This document shows positions 50,701 to 59,172 of a stretch of 64,000 nt of DNA, piece by piece; the stretch's first letter is position 1; every line of letters starts with the position of its first letter. Below the pieces are notes generated by a model. That model searched no databases, had not been told where the DNA came from, and worked only from the letters and a program-made list of their open reading frames with translations. Source of the DNA: a virus (Duplodnaviria; Caudoviricetes); IMG/VR virus record IMGVR_UViG_3300044655_001017. The stretch is one strand, 5' to 3'. The translations under genes and the position numbers were made by a program.

Positions 50701-51406
50701 TATTAAGTAATAACGGATTTATGTATCGATCTAATGGCCCAGTAGTTCGTAACGTTTTAATACTAAATGGATTTTCAACACTGTTAATTATAAATTTATA
50801 TTGTTGTCCTCTATATAATGTAATTACTGGATTTCTAGTCATTCCATCAGGTGAAAAAATATAAGAACTACCATACTCTGTTGTTTCAACGTTTACAGTG
50901 TAAGTACTAGTAATTTGTATTTTTGATTTGTTTTGTATAGTAATGGTATCAGGACCGTGAGGCATCCAATAATAATTTTGAAAATTAACAAATTTATCCC
51001 AATCAATATGAGGATTCCAACTGTAAAATTCTTGTTTGTTTAGTCTAGAATGATTTGAAACATCGGCACCAAATACACGTAATTGATTAATATAATCTTG
51101 ATAATCTTTTAAAAACACGTTATTATGCATGTTATCTTCAATTACGAATCCGGGTTCAAGTTGATAATTTTGGCGATTACGAGTTGGCGCATTAACAAAT
51201 GTATCATCGGACAACGTAGCTTTTGAATACTGTCTTCCAATATAACCGCTAACTTTTTTTACAGCCCCTGGTTGAGTAAGTTGATTTATTGTTGAATGTA
51301 AAAACTTTTTATTTGAATCAGTTCTATAAATTCGAGGTAAAAAAGATGCAGACGTAGCATCATCACTTGGATCAGTTGCTGTTATTCTAGGTATATTGTT
51401 AGCCAT
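38738..51406 (-). CDS. Giant (4222 aa) baseplate/virion structural protein
   Basis: Uninterrupted 12.7-kb ORF coupled to the gp6-like gene; FG-GAP-like propeller repeats, G-x-GY beta repeats and a C-terminal ITYDSTSITFDS motif. Confidence 0.75.
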   Translation of the reverse strand: MANNIPRITATDPSDDATSASFLPRIYRTDSNKKFLHSTINQLTQPGAVKKVSGYIGRQYSKATLSDDTFVNAPTRNRQNYQLEPGFVIEDNMHNNVFLKDYQDYINQLRVFGADVSNHSRLNKQEFYSWNPHIDWDKFVNFQNYYWMPHGPDTITIQNKSKIQITSTYTVNVETTEYGSSYIFSPDGMTRNPVITLYRGQQYKFIINSVENPFSIKTLRTTGPLDRYINPLLLNNAIETGTITFTVPNNAPDELAYVSENNIDMGGVFNILDVSETGYINVESDLIGKKTYSYGTITLVDETIVPFALSNGMKVQFAGNVFPKKYATGRYYVEGVGDAIRLIHENDLQIITAYTNTSSMLFDTTLFDTTPFSDSISYVTNPDYIVINRASVDKNFWSRNNKWIHKDVIEKSALKNGIHPAYDQSMRAARPIIEFEKNLKLFNFGTTSIIDIAVIDTVTVDAFSIVEGAFGYNIDGVDLKDGQHVIFTADLDDRVTNNIYRIDFINVLHENSLQKISSKGKIDSISATNSGWTAKITNMNSTAGLNVGTLIAVTDKTGKLGGGPSGSAGSARVSAIIDSTSIEYRIIGGNKPTVGTVADIICVINSNQIRLVEVAKPVYNQVALIQYGTVSQGQMYWFNGTVWKLCQQKTKANQPPLFDLVDENEYSFGDLSVYPGTSFDGTSIFSYKVGTTIADKNLGFALSYKNINNIGDIVFNFSLVTDKFSYEVNEKIVSKQVDTGFLIKYDAAGKISYVNGWKTSEVEHTQAAIRLYRNSDKTNNFDIDIFDYLPSLSEFEARVYVNNVRSNDWIFKPISSTNRYLNYHQIIFNTDVKLTDSIMIKVYSNLPVNANGYFEIPINLQNNPLNGVLSEFTLGEVIDHVGSIVDNVHTSGFFGNYPGISNLRDLGSVSQYGTKFVQHSGPASLSMYHITSDTNNIIRAIDQSRDDYCKFKKTFMFVAESLGVDADEFTHVNLILRHINKDAPSTSAYYFSDMAPYGSRIQTDFLVAAPEDNLFSLSQGFSLSTLSSTAVGVYLNGMQLLHGKEYSFTDQGFIYVTAELTAGDTITVYEYESTDGCLIPETPTKLGMWPKYEPKIFLDTTLRIPVNMIQGHDGSLTLAYNDYRDALVLELEKRIYNNIKVTYDPTLFDVADVIPAYSRKSDYSREQFNSSLMSNFYKWSSKVGVDFATPLSYDTRDSFTFSYSKQAAPDGRVTPGFWRGIYQWILDTDRPHMCPWEMLGFSEEPSWWISVYGPAPYTKNNLILWQDISRGLVKEPNKLPIRLKKYVKPFLMDHIPVDDDGNLLSPYDINLATGYITPSIQGDFIFGDVSPIEAAWRRNSHYAFSVIKTAILLNPARVIGVLLDRSRIVISKTGQLIYTDTNLRITPSSIELPTVYLSSNRIQTAGLVNYLINYIDCNTLTQYNNYKFELENIVAKLCYRVSAYTSKEKFNLLLDSKSPIAVGSIFIPQEDYTLVLNSSSPIGILTYSGVVITKIAGGFEVKGYSQLQPYFKYFPSLTSGVSVNVAGISESFVEWAQGQDYFVGSLVRYLLRYYRVLVDHKSTLLFEFNKFYSLEKMPIVGGVNAYFKNKWDTTTKIIPYGTKLNSIQEVVDFLLGYGKWLSAQGFIFNEYNSNLSAIENWETSAKEFMFWTTQNWSAPNSTWADWTTTMTIRYGDIVRYNGSYYKALKDMQPTVFNESDYYLLNGLDLSGHAVISLSPSANKLVFNTILTTIDDVTNPNNEYEILNASGVAIHKSFINMFRIDNAVTYIPKTDDGIFCASFYLIQREHVVVLNNTTMFNDTIYNPESGYKQDKIKVSGYVSSNWNGTLSAPGFIVDRAIITEWTPWKHYIIGDTVKYKSFYYSAKSSLAGAESFDSAKWSKLDKKPTPKMLPNWTYKATQFTDFYSLDSENFDIAQQNYAQHLIGYQKRQYLENIIQDDVSEYKFYQGMIIEKGTQNVLNKLFDVLSAAGNESLQFYEEWAVRTGQYGACSSFESIEFVLSESQFKINPQGFELVNTKDRFHETLVIQQGVTDIYVKPARYTPNLWPVAKPLKTSTVYARVDEVAFSVKQLSDINIAMVKNGDYILCTFAPTDWNVYQYFDRSINDSYKIQITLITSDDDGTYITLDNTAEISVGTLIVFKNVGDDKVYTVTAIQGNIITVVTDVIITATENSTVGLLIPRRIGTTLDNNNYTNADLKSNYLIWTDNDSNVTDYYQDTSNWKVWEYNPVYALTARPNLNSKISQYGRAIATTDDGTTIAVSQKSDNGYDIFRGEVVIYNNTKNDWIATQIIKRPLRFQSVSEVDNEDNVATVVALSPDGEWLALGSPTADSNNQGVISIYKRDVNSLYVLVDTRISPEPLDNEHFGNSIAFGTNMMFVGTTASTVYRYEYKLTEKGFTTFVSNGSKGTTLVVASTAGISRGMILSGNGFTPNHLVSSVVNGTTIIISLEPAEKPAGRIAFSVYEWAELPSISKPTGASDAFGTDISVSLNNTIAISDPRTNGKVYVYYANEDFVYNSANQIDNIVANTVGQHISLSKNDDFIAISNILSSTARNVNIYSLSLKESVQVIPTVEFSSANAPAVFFTDDYRTLVICDFDYVSVADVYNIYEKDWIFSERLEPKYASPIFAVTATNLIVGAPAWTEQTATINLINNTAHTNTTATGKIDKDKDLVCNIAINDIIIGNGIPEGSVITAVNPQSDFIEFTVTFPIATTITTDITTTYVFVSSTGNGAGKIYEYVKPVNQFSWTVKNTSITKPDITKVKQAFLYNKVSNKLIKYLDVVDPIQNKHPIIAEREVKYKSPYDPAIYSHATTTVVTVDEGIAWGAAQVGSLWWDVRTTKFFDNFTDNSVYRNSMLGTLATGASVDIYEWVETELLPADWDADADTSAGLAQGISGTSLYGDSAYVEVKTYDTISQQFSSTYYYWVKNKETISSTIGRTISAANVSRVISNPKGEGYEYLALTGLNSFSLVNVKPYLLHDDIVLSIEYWLIDKTDQNIHTQWKLISTSSSTDIPASIEQKWIDSLCGKDVNDRLVPDQLLPPKLKYGIENRPRQSMFVNRFEAIKQVIEQTNIHLKSELIVDTRDLSLLTSYDTPPTSIRRLYDTTLDTNLELQYVITKYYIAPSLTADITDGKITNVNIISSGQGYLIAPYITVTGTGKGAVIQSIINESGQITGVKILNGGDGYTSNHVLTVRSFSVLVLSDATSNGKWSIYSYVLSTSTWYKSLTYTYDTTKYWKYVDWYKPGFNQFTTATHLVTTYAELSQLNDTVGDIVKVKTTNSGRWVLLQKHDPTVNQQLEETASFDWTHLYTVIGSQNGTIQFSSLLYDFYGTVIGYDGMLYDSGMHDNFASIELRNILIAIKDDLLIGNLKTKYLELFFSTVRYAMNEQTYIDWIFKTSFVNVMHQVGKLQQRVTYKNDNLSNFEDYVSEVKPYRTQIREYISSYTNLDDSNVAITDFDLPPAYDLDRNVVSVVDYDNPLINSYPWKFWLDNVGYSLVDIKITSGGAEYLTEPAVTIESKTGLGATARAFIVNKQISRIKLITPGSGYKTTPKIVITGGYSNNGKSATAIPILGKSVVRTSNIALKFDRVNQNYLIDNLQHVETIKGASIVTGTKVQFILKWIPDVSIGKTSVTVNGVLEIRDNYKMGTVISIVDGHPVHTGVITFKTAPMRGSELIISYYKDTGLLTATDRIHYYYKPNSGDVGNDLPQLMSGIDYGGVVVSGLSFEVDHGWDSMPYYNDTWDNFDPALNDVKYTLGDEFSYTIKLPYVPTIGTRLNVYLVKPNTEAVRIDSKTYDIDVVDLANPNAAMLTPIATGDTDIIEIPTSISADAGDTIIIRKETSDGAIVNEYDTALSGGNFSYNAMSDGLSAEDIVVDGDDFNSVTAGIGPEEVVPGQVIDTLGIKVFNKLPSGEFTSFMHFKNMLNQYRYIRLNANKRTRLVNELNYYDTTITVEDSSLFDQTSYGSYGIIDINGERIEFFSNVDNVLSGLRRGTMGTGIPTVHRAESIVQELGLTETIPYVENTQIEQVVSNGTHFINLSYTPNKVANTKWSFADPALAEYGQSDEIEVFVGGYDNYKIWTLETVYYVNDIVNVGVYVYRCAVQHVSSSNFKNDRSKWNYFIGNIRLKKTPYVVYNINSEEGEHTFDADFSVNGTTKQIRLTNVLSANTIVTIIKRQGSKWVNNQTELNFIGSVPGVDYADISITYDSTSITFDSEDTRF

Positions 51407-54400
51407 TAGTTACTCCCATAAGCTGAACTTGTTATAAATTGGCGATTTATTGTATTGTTTTCAGTGATTAAATTTGAAGATTTTATATTTGATGCAGTAA
51501 TACCTGATATAATTTCTATATCATTAACCGTTGCACCATTGATTAAAATTTCATTCATAGCCGATTTTATTTCGTACAACCCTCCAAAATTAATACTATT
51601 ATGTTTTGGAACAATAACAAAATTAGATATATTTGGTGCAACTTTAGTCGTTACATATGTTGCTAACTCTGTAAAAAAGAACGTATCTCCAAAATCCCAA
51701 TTATCTAACACAAAGAAGTCATTAATTGCTGCAATTACTTGAGATTTAACATCGTTATCTGAAATTACTTGACCTGGTGTTTTTGTAATCTTAAAAGTTG
51801 CTTGCAACTCAGATGATGCAGTGGTCCCAAATAAAATTTTATAATTTACCGGGTGATATATTACTTCATCCGAAATTGATTTAATTAAGTTTAAAGACGG
51901 TGCTACTATATTATATAATTCTTCAGAACTAGGAGGCAACGGTTTAGTAGTTATTGCACCACTTACCCATTGTCTGTAGTAAGTATCATACGATTTAGTT
52001 AATATATATACATCAATAATGTTACTTGCACCTGGGTCAATTCTAGAATCGTATTTTGCGTTATGTACATATTGAAATTTTAATCCAGATCTGCCAACAT
52101 ACACTTTATAATCAATCGATGCTTCTAATGTTCCAGTTGACGATGCTTTTTTTACAGTATTAGTATCTATAAAATAATAGTATTTTCCAGGTTGTACGGT
52201 ATAGCTTTCAGTTGAACGAACAAAATTTAAAATAGTTCCATTATTTTTAATAAATTTATAATCTTCTTGACCTTGAGAAATTACATACTTCTCTTGTATA
52301 ACATACGTGTTTGTTGATACAATCTGGGTAAAGACATCTGGATCATCAACAACTCCGTTATTATCGCTATCAGAAAACGATATTACGATCTTCTTATTAT
52401 CAACGTACCCGTCTAAGCCAATATACTCAGATACAACATCCCATGAAAAATCAGTAGTATATGATTTTGTATTAGAATTAGTGTTAATACTTAACACTTT
52501 AATCTTATCACGAACTGAAGAATTAGATACACTGTTGTATACCGATTGAGTTTTATCGTAAAAAAATCTTAACTGCGTATCACTTTCAAAAATATATCTT
52601 GTCTCACGACTAGATATTGTATATGTTTCGTTATCTGTTGTAAACAAAATCATCCAACTAGAATCTTGCTGCTTGTTTGTAATATCACCTTGCGATAAAA
52701 TATTAAAAGCATTTAAATAATTTAAATTTGATTCTCGAATAATTTGCCATTGTTGTAATGACGTATTGTAACTTAATCCAAATTCTTTATTTTCAAATAT
52801 TAAATCAGTTATTGTGGTAATAACTGAAGTCTCTAATATTGATCTAAATTGAGGAATAATTTGACTAACTGTTGACCCAGCTGGTACATTAACATTTAAT
52901 ATAATGCTGTTTGCATCAAGTCCATCGTTTGAAACCGATACTACTGCAGCCCATATATAAGTAGTAGCACCAAAGTGATTTGTAATTTCATCATTAATTC
53001 CCAACGTTTCTAATTTATTTTGATTAGTTGTATCAAAATATTGATTTGACGGACTAATAAATTTAATTAGTGCACCGGATTTAATGTAGGACAACATTAA
53101 ACTTCCAGATGTAGTTGCACCAACCTGAAGAATATCGCCCAATAATGTACCTGATTTAATGCACCCTGATGTATCTACATTTGACGACCACACATAAATG
53201 TCGTCAGCAGTTTGAAACTTAGTTGTATAGTGCGAGTAATAAAAATTTCTTAACTCATCTTTCTTAAGAATCTTGTTAATAATATTTGCAATAACACCCT
53301 GGATATCAGTTTTGCTAATATATTTAAATTTGTCAGTTGATTGATAATTTTCAGTGTAAATTACGCCATCATCTGCAAATAAATTAGTCGAACTATACTT
53401 GCCTGTTGGATCAACTAGGTCAAAATACCGACTAATACCACTAGACGATCTGTTAACTGCTTTAACTTTTAAAATTTGCTGACTAACACTCAACGGTGCA
53501 ATATTGTAATCTTCACCAGTTATCATTCTATTCTGCGTATAATACGTAGCAGGAGCGTTTGCTTTAATATTTGCGTTTGTTTCAGTGGTTTCAGCTGTGC
53601 TAATTGTAGTTTCTAATGATAAGGATACTGTTAATACTTCTTGTTGGCCATAGTTTGACACATACGGAATAGAAAGTGTTATGTTTCTAATGTCTTTTGG
53701 ATTAACTACATAGGAAATTCCGTTACTAGTACGATAGTAAACTTTAAATGTACCTAATGGTTTGTTACCAAATGTGCCATCGCTAAAGTTTAAACTTACT
53801 GCATCATTTGCACGAGTTGTTACACTGTAAATGTTTCTAATACTTTTGTTAACACTATTATAGATAATATTGTTGCCTTCAAAGTTTGAAACTTTTGTCC
53901 ATTCTTCTGTTTCTAATCCATTTTTATCTAATCTATACAACCACAAATCGGTATTATTAATACCAGTAGTGCCAATATCTACAATTTCGTTACTTCTTGG
54001 TTGTGTAATCGTAAACTGAGCGTTTGCTATTGTTCCTTGTGTAAAGTTTAAAAAGAAACCAGACCCGGCACTCCCGTATCCTTGTCCGTCATTTTTAAAT
54101 ATACATGATAACTTACGACCTGCTTTAGGTGTTTCTTCGTATATGTAATTTTGTCCAGCAAAGGTTGTGCTAGTAACTTCAAAATTCATAGTTCTGCCAG
54201 CAACAGTTTTTGTGAATGAATACACTGGTACATCATTTGAGTTAGTTTCTAGTGTATATTTTTCAGTTAAAGTACCGTATATCGTAGCTTTATCAGATGG
54301 ATTACCAAACTGTTGGTTTACAGACATTGACGCGTTCATAATCTTAATAAACTGATCATACCAGTTAGAGTTTGATGGGTCATTCCATGTTACAATTTGG

Positions 54401-54816
54401 CCAGCCATATTACGACCATTGCTGTCAATTACTGATTGAGTGGTTTGAATTGAGCTAAATTTTAATAAACCAGTTGACGGTATGTTTCGTTTTGCATTGT
54501 AACTAATTAATCTTGCTAACCGCAATACACTGTCTCGGCGTTCTGCCAACTCAAAGAAATTTTCACGAGCGTTTAAATCAACTCGAAACGAAATACTTTG
54601 TCCTAAAAATGCAATTACATCTAATAATGCTAGATACTCTGAACTTTCTATATAGTCATTGAAATCTTCTGGATAATTTTGACGAATATAATCAACCATT
54701 GTGCGTCTTAAATTTTCAAAATCATAACTTTGAAAATCCGCATTTTTAAAAGATTGGTATACTTTTTTCCAATCTTCGGCCACTAATAATCTGTTTTGTC
54801 TGTCGGTTGCGCTCAT
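51406..54816 (-). CDS. Baseplate wedge subunit (T4 gp6-like)
   Basis: SYDFENLR...FNDYIESSEY...ENFFELAERRDSVLRLARLISY and QNRMITGEDY match gp6-family motifs. Confidence 0.85.
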   Translation of the reverse strand: MSATDRQNRLLVAEDWKKVYQSFKNADFQSYDFENLRRTMVDYIRQNYPEDFNDYIESSEYLALLDVIAFLGQSISFRVDLNARENFFELAERRDSVLRLARLISYNAKRNIPSTGLLKFSSIQTTQSVIDSNGRNMAGQIVTWNDPSNSNWYDQFIKIMNASMSVNQQFGNPSDKATIYGTLTEKYTLETNSNDVPVYSFTKTVAGRTMNFEVTSTTFAGQNYIYEETPKAGRKLSCIFKNDGQGYGSAGSGFFLNFTQGTIANAQFTITQPRSNEIVDIGTTGINNTDLWLYRLDKNGLETEEWTKVSNFEGNNIIYNSVNKSIRNIYSVTTRANDAVSLNFSDGTFGNKPLGTFKVYYRTSNGISYVVNPKDIRNITLSIPYVSNYGQQEVLTVSLSLETTISTAETTETNANIKANAPATYYTQNRMITGEDYNIAPLSVSQQILKVKAVNRSSSGISRYFDLVDPTGKYSSTNLFADDGVIYTENYQSTDKFKYISKTDIQGVIANIINKILKKDELRNFYYSHYTTKFQTADDIYVWSSNVDTSGCIKSGTLLGDILQVGATTSGSLMLSYIKSGALIKFISPSNQYFDTTNQNKLETLGINDEITNHFGATTYIWAAVVSVSNDGLDANSIILNVNVPAGSTVSQIIPQFRSILETSVITTITDLIFENKEFGLSYNTSLQQWQIIRESNLNYLNAFNILSQGDITNKQQDSSWMILFTTDNETYTISSRETRYIFESDTQLRFFYDKTQSVYNSVSNSSVRDKIKVLSINTNSNTKSYTTDFSWDVVSEYIGLDGYVDNKKIVISFSDSDNNGVVDDPDVFTQIVSTNTYVIQEKYVISQGQEDYKFIKNNGTILNFVRSTESYTVQPGKYYYFIDTNTVKKASSTGTLEASIDYKVYVGRSGLKFQYVHNAKYDSRIDPGASNIIDVYILTKSYDTYYRQWVSGAITTKPLPPSSEELYNIVAPSLNLIKSISDEVIYHPVNYKILFGTTASSELQATFKITKTPGQVISDNDVKSQVIAAINDFFVLDNWDFGDTFFFTELATYVTTKVAPNISNFVIVPKHNSINFGGLYEIKSAMNEILINGATVNDIEIISGITASNIKSSNLITENNTINRQFITSSAYGSN

Positions 54817-54835
54817 GTTGTTGTCCTAATAATGG

Positions 54836-54843
54836 TATTTATT
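54836..54843 (-). promoter_or_regulatory. Putative late promoter (AATAAATA)
   Basis: Intergenic, about 20 nt before the start at 54816. Confidence 0.5.
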
Positions 54844-54865
54844 GAATAAATTAACCACGCAGTTA

Positions 54866-55300
54866 TTATGCTATGCCATTCTCTTGATCAAATCGCAATG
54901 TTATATCTTCTGAAACTCTATAAGGGTTATATGCTAATGTAAATGCAATCTCTATACCACTCTCATATGTTGTTATTGTAGTATCAGAAATTGATACCCT
55001 CGGATCGTAGTTAATAATTGCATTTACATCTTGTTCAATTAACGATCTTACATCAGAAGTTAACGGTTCAAATAGCAAATCCCATATAATTGTGCCAAAT
55101 CTAGGTTGCATTAATCGTTCACCTTGCCTAACATGGAAGTGATTTAAGATATCTTGCTTAATAAGTTCGTAGTCATACAGACTAAAATGTTCTGTATTAC
55201 TGCTTATTGAACTAAACCCGCGATATGTCTTTGGTGCTAATAATTCAGGTTTAGTTGGTATCGCAGGTAACGAAATCCTATCGTATAATACTGAGCTCAT
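54866..55300 (-). CDS. Baseplate wedge protein gp25-like
   Basis: LIKQDILNHF...GERLMQPRFGTIIWDLLFEP...YDPRV fits the gp25 family. Confidence 0.88.
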   Translation of the reverse strand: MSSVLYDRISLPAIPTKPELLAPKTYRGFSSISSNTEHFSLYDYELIKQDILNHFHVRQGERLMQPRFGTIIWDLLFEPLTSDVRSLIEQDVNAIINYDPRVSISDTTITTYESGIEIAFTLAYNPYRVSEDITLRFDQENGIA

Positions 55301-56694
55301 TTTTTCTTCTCCGGTGGTTTAACTTTATTAAAGGTATCAGTTGTAGTTGTATATTTTTTAAACATTGCAGGTACTACAGGTTTAGGTGGTGGTGTTACTA
55401 CAGATTTAGTTTTAGCCGGTGTAACTAACGTTGGATCTAAATTCTCATGCCCTGCCCATGGTTCTTTTGTTGGTATTCTATTTGTTTTTGGTGCAACTGC
55501 TGCAGCCGGACCATTCATATGAATCTGTGGAGCAGTTTCTATAATGTTGCCACCTGCTTTTGTTTCATTAGTTCCGCTTGACGTTTCTAATATCTTTCCC
55601 GTTGCATTAGTGCTAACGTTACCTGCAATTGTAGTAAAATTAATATCTCTACCAGCAGTAAAGTTTATATCCTGCTCAGAATGCATGCTAATACTATCTT
55701 TAGAATACACGTCTATCTTGCCATTTGCAGTCATTTCAATCCAAGAATTGCCGCTGCCATGTGAAATGTAAATTAAATCTTCACTGTTATGTAATAAAAT
55801 TTGATGTCCGGTTCTAGTCCTAATTCGAACTAATTCGTTATGCGGCATGGTATGATCTTTTGCAGTTTTACCCTGTTCAACAGGAATATAGTTAGGTCCT
55901 GCTTCTGATGGTTTCTTTTCTCTAACAAACTTGTCATCACCGTCGTCCATTACAAACGTTGAACCACCTAACCTGCTTACATACGCATTCTTAATTGCAT
56001 GCTCTTTCTTTCCAATAGTACCTTGTTTTGCACCATTTTGCTTATCAATTGGGCCAGGTGTTGATATTCCAAATACCATACTAGGAGTTTCTCGTCTAGC
56101 ACTACTAGTTGTTATGCCTCGAGTATCGTCTTTGTCTAACCCGCTTGTTACTAAAACTGCAGCAAACGGATGTACTGGTTTTTTAAATTTAGTTGGGTCA
56201 GATGTTTCTTTATTGATCTGTTTATTATATTCTGCAACTGGTACCCTAGAACCGTTCTTAATAGTATTTTTGTACTTTTCTTCAATAATAGTGTTTTCAG
56301 TACTTGCTATACCTGGCGTCATAAAATTCATGTTTTCATCTTGTACGCAGCCAATCCAAAAACCGCGTTTAGGATCGCCATCAATAAAAATAACAACTAC
56401 TGTACAACCCGGATCTGGTGGAACCATCCACATTCCATAACTTTTTTGTGTATTATTATAATCATTTGGATCTTTTCCGACCTGCTCAACTCCAGTTGCG
56501 CCGCAAAACGGACTTAGGTATTTTACTTGATGCAATTGCCCTTCTGAATGATCGTTACCTGATGCTCTTAATAATTCAACTTCTAACCCTCCCATATATG
56601 TCGGGTCTAAATGACTAATAACTTTTGCAAGGTACGGTCCTGGAGTACTAGCCGGTTCTGACGAACGTGAAACGTCTTTTGTATTATCTGCCAT
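55297..56694 (-). CDS. Baseplate central spike (gp5/VgrG-like OB fold + beta-helix)
   Basis: GPYLAKV...DPTYMGGLEV...YGMWMVPPDPG...GFWIG N-terminus; RTRTGHQI and C-terminal beta-helix strands. Confidence 0.75.
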   Translation of the reverse strand: MADNTKDVSRSSEPASTPGPYLAKVISHLDPTYMGGLEVELLRASGNDHSEGQLHQVKYLSPFCGATGVEQVGKDPNDYNNTQKSYGMWMVPPDPGCTVVVIFIDGDPKRGFWIGCVQDENMNFMTPGIASTENTIIEEKYKNTIKNGSRVPVAEYNKQINKETSDPTKFKKPVHPFAAVLVTSGLDKDDTRGITTSSARRETPSMVFGISTPGPIDKQNGAKQGTIGKKEHAIKNAYVSRLGGSTFVMDDGDDKFVREKKPSEAGPNYIPVEQGKTAKDHTMPHNELVRIRTRTGHQILLHNSEDLIYISHGSGNSWIEMTANGKIDVYSKDSISMHSEQDINFTAGRDINFTTIAGNVSTNATGKILETSSGTNETKAGGNIIETAPQIHMNGPAAAVAPKTNRIPTKEPWAGHENLDPTLVTPAKTKSVVTPPPKPVVPAMFKKYTTTTDTFNKVKPPEKKK

Positions 56695-56696
56695 TG

Positions 56697-58871
56697 TTAA
56701 ATTCCAAAAAACCCGCCAATTGCAGCCAACCCATCTTTTGTAAGCTGTCCCAAATTAAACAATCCATCTTTAGATGGCTCGCTTGTATTTTCTTGTCCTG
56801 GTAATCTATTTCCATGTAACCTCTGTGTAAATGATCCGTTTTTAAAATAACTAGTAAGCGTGTTTACTCTAAATAATCCACTATATAGCAGCAACGGTGA
56901 CGACGGCACCTCTGGTGCAAATTGATACATTCCAGTAGTTTGGTCGACGTCAATTGGGGTTCTAAAATTAACTATTACGTTTACTTCACCAGTTTGGTAG
57001 TTTACCGTACCATCAGTATTTAAACCTTGAAATTGAGATTGTGCAGCGGTATAAGTTCCAGTTCCACTTTGTGCAATAAAAAATGGATCTCCTACTATTT
57101 CCATATCTAACATTAACATGTCAGACCCTCTAGTAACATTATCATGAAAAATTCTAGCAGCACGAGTTTCAATAGTATCAGCAGGGCCGCCACCTAAATT
57201 TTCAGAATTAGAAAGTAATCCGCCATAATCAATAACAGCCGGATGTCCTGTTTTTTGAGGTTTAGCACCTTTTAATGCTAATGTATTTGCTTTTGGCTCT
57301 TCTGCATCATTCTCTTGTGCAGTTCTAATATCCTGTGATCGTTTTCCTGCGTCAGCGCCCATAGTAGCTGCAAAACTATTTTCTAATTTAATTTCAAACG
57401 ATATTACGTCTACATTCTTACCAGTATACAAATAATTGTATTCTTTTACGGTCTTCTTGCGTAATTCATCAAAACCAACTGCTGGTTGATTTGTTCCAGT
57501 TGGCGCAGAACTGTTATGAACATTATACGGGATTACTCGGTATACTATAATTATAGGTTTACGACCAGTTTGAGAATATGTTGCATCAGTTGATACATTA
57601 TACACTTGAATATCAATTCTCCACCATTTTACGTATCCTTCTGCTGATAACGAATCTGGATTAAACGCACCTTTTGGATAATCACTTTGCAATAACACTT
57701 GGTTAATTGCATTTGTTAGCGAGGTGTCTTGTCTAAATCTAAAATCACTCTCATCTAACTTTGGCGTATTTTCTGCTCGTACATTAACTTTTAAATCAGG
57801 ATTATAAATCGCGTTGTCGTTGCCGTAAGGCGCACTTGCAAACTTATTAGTACCTACACCAATCTTTGCTTTTCCAATTAAGTTAACGTCTTTAATATCT
57901 TGAACTTGAATTTGTATTTTATTGTTGTCTGCATCAACTACTACATCTTTAGTAGTTGTACCTAAATTAGTGTAAATTGTTTTTGAATCTGCTGCAGAGC
58001 CAGTAGTTGCACTATCGCCGCTGCTGCCTCCATCATCTTCACTTGTTGTAATATTAGTTGGGAATAAAATTATTATTTCATCTGGCACATCAATAACCTT
58101 ATCTGTTTTAAGCTGCTGTAATCTTTTATTCCATACTGCTTGCAAACTTTTTTCACCAGTTTGTAACACTTCTTGAACAGTTGACCCTTTAACAGACACA
58201 TCCGTTTTTAACGTTGAGTTTCTTACATTATGACCTTGATCATTCCATATCATTCCAGTTACTTGGTACACTGCACCATCTTGATTTACATTCATACTTA
58301 AATTTATAAATCTAAACGGTATGAATCTAGTTGTTGTAGGAATTAATGACATCATTCCTAGTTCGTCATTACCACGAAATTCAATAGTTAAAACAAACGG
58401 TGCTACTCTCCAGTTTTGATGGCCGGCTTCCCATGCCGCCTGTTGACAGGCCATCGGAAAAATTCCCATACTATACGGTTCATTAATAGTAAATGAAATA
58501 TTTGTTGAATTAGTAACGTTTCCACGCTCATGCCCAATTACTGCATCAATTACTAAATTATCAATGAAAAAATCAAATGTTCCATAGTCAGTCTTAACTC
58601 GATTGCTTGGATCAGCATTTGCAGATTTACAAATTAACTTTAACCCTTTGTAAGACATGTATCTATTAGGGTTTTGAAGATCAGCATCGCTTAACACTGC
58701 AATACCTAAGATGTAATCATAACTTGCATAGTCATGTAATACATTTGGCAGCGGAATTTGGATATCACCGACTGATTTAAATGCAGTTGCTATGCTTGAT
58801 GCAAACTCTGACACTGTAGATGCTATACTAGATGCTGCACTACCGACTAATGTTGTTGCTGAATCTGTCAT
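56697..58871 (-). CDS. Probable baseplate hub protein
   Basis: 724 aa between the gp53-like and gp5-like genes; C-terminal IVGDPFF...YSGLFRV...FKNGSFTQRL resembles hub proteins. Mostly positional evidence. Confidence 0.5.
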   Translation of the reverse strand: MTDSATTLVGSAASSIASTVSEFASSIATAFKSVGDIQIPLPNVLHDYASYDYILGIAVLSDADLQNPNRYMSYKGLKLICKSANADPSNRVKTDYGTFDFFIDNLVIDAVIGHERGNVTNSTNISFTINEPYSMGIFPMACQQAAWEAGHQNWRVAPFVLTIEFRGNDELGMMSLIPTTTRFIPFRFINLSMNVNQDGAVYQVTGMIWNDQGHNVRNSTLKTDVSVKGSTVQEVLQTGEKSLQAVWNKRLQQLKTDKVIDVPDEIIILFPTNITTSEDDGGSSGDSATTGSAADSKTIYTNLGTTTKDVVVDADNNKIQIQVQDIKDVNLIGKAKIGVGTNKFASAPYGNDNAIYNPDLKVNVRAENTPKLDESDFRFRQDTSLTNAINQVLLQSDYPKGAFNPDSLSAEGYVKWWRIDIQVYNVSTDATYSQTGRKPIIIVYRVIPYNVHNSSAPTGTNQPAVGFDELRKKTVKEYNYLYTGKNVDVISFEIKLENSFAATMGADAGKRSQDIRTAQENDAEEPKANTLALKGAKPQKTGHPAVIDYGGLLSNSENLGGGPADTIETRAARIFHDNVTRGSDMLMLDMEIVGDPFFIAQSGTGTYTAAQSQFQGLNTDGTVNYQTGEVNVIVNFRTPIDVDQTTGMYQFAPEVPSSPLLLYSGLFRVNTLTSYFKNGSFTQRLHGNRLPGQENTSEPSKDGLFNLGQLTKDGLAAIGGFFGI

Positions 58872-58872
58872 A

Positions 58873-59172
58873 TTATATACCTAATGAATTTTTTAATTTA
58901 CTAAGTTGCGGAATGTAGATTTTTGTACCTGGCACAAAATCAAAAATTGGATCTTGTAATACATCTAAATTGCGCTGTATAAAAACCCACCATAATGCAG
59001 CATCATTATATAAATCAAATGCTAACAAATCCGGACGATGTGTATATTGCGATTCAATTGTATAAAGGTAATCTGAATATTCTGCCGCAACTGGCCGAAT
59101 TTTTAAAATATCTAAGTAATCTTGTGTAATTAGTGTTTTAAACCAAGGACTTCTATTATTATATTGTGCCAT
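58873..59172 (-). CDS. gp53-like / LysM-like baseplate wedge protein
   Basis: YTHRPDLLAFDLY...LWWVF...N...DPIFDF..G..IYIP motif. Confidence 0.8.
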   Translation of the reverse strand: MAQYNNRSPWFKTLITQDYLDILKIRPVAAEYSDYLYTIESQYTHRPDLLAFDLYNDAALWWVFIQRNLDVLQDPIFDFVPGTKIYIPQLSKLKNSLGI

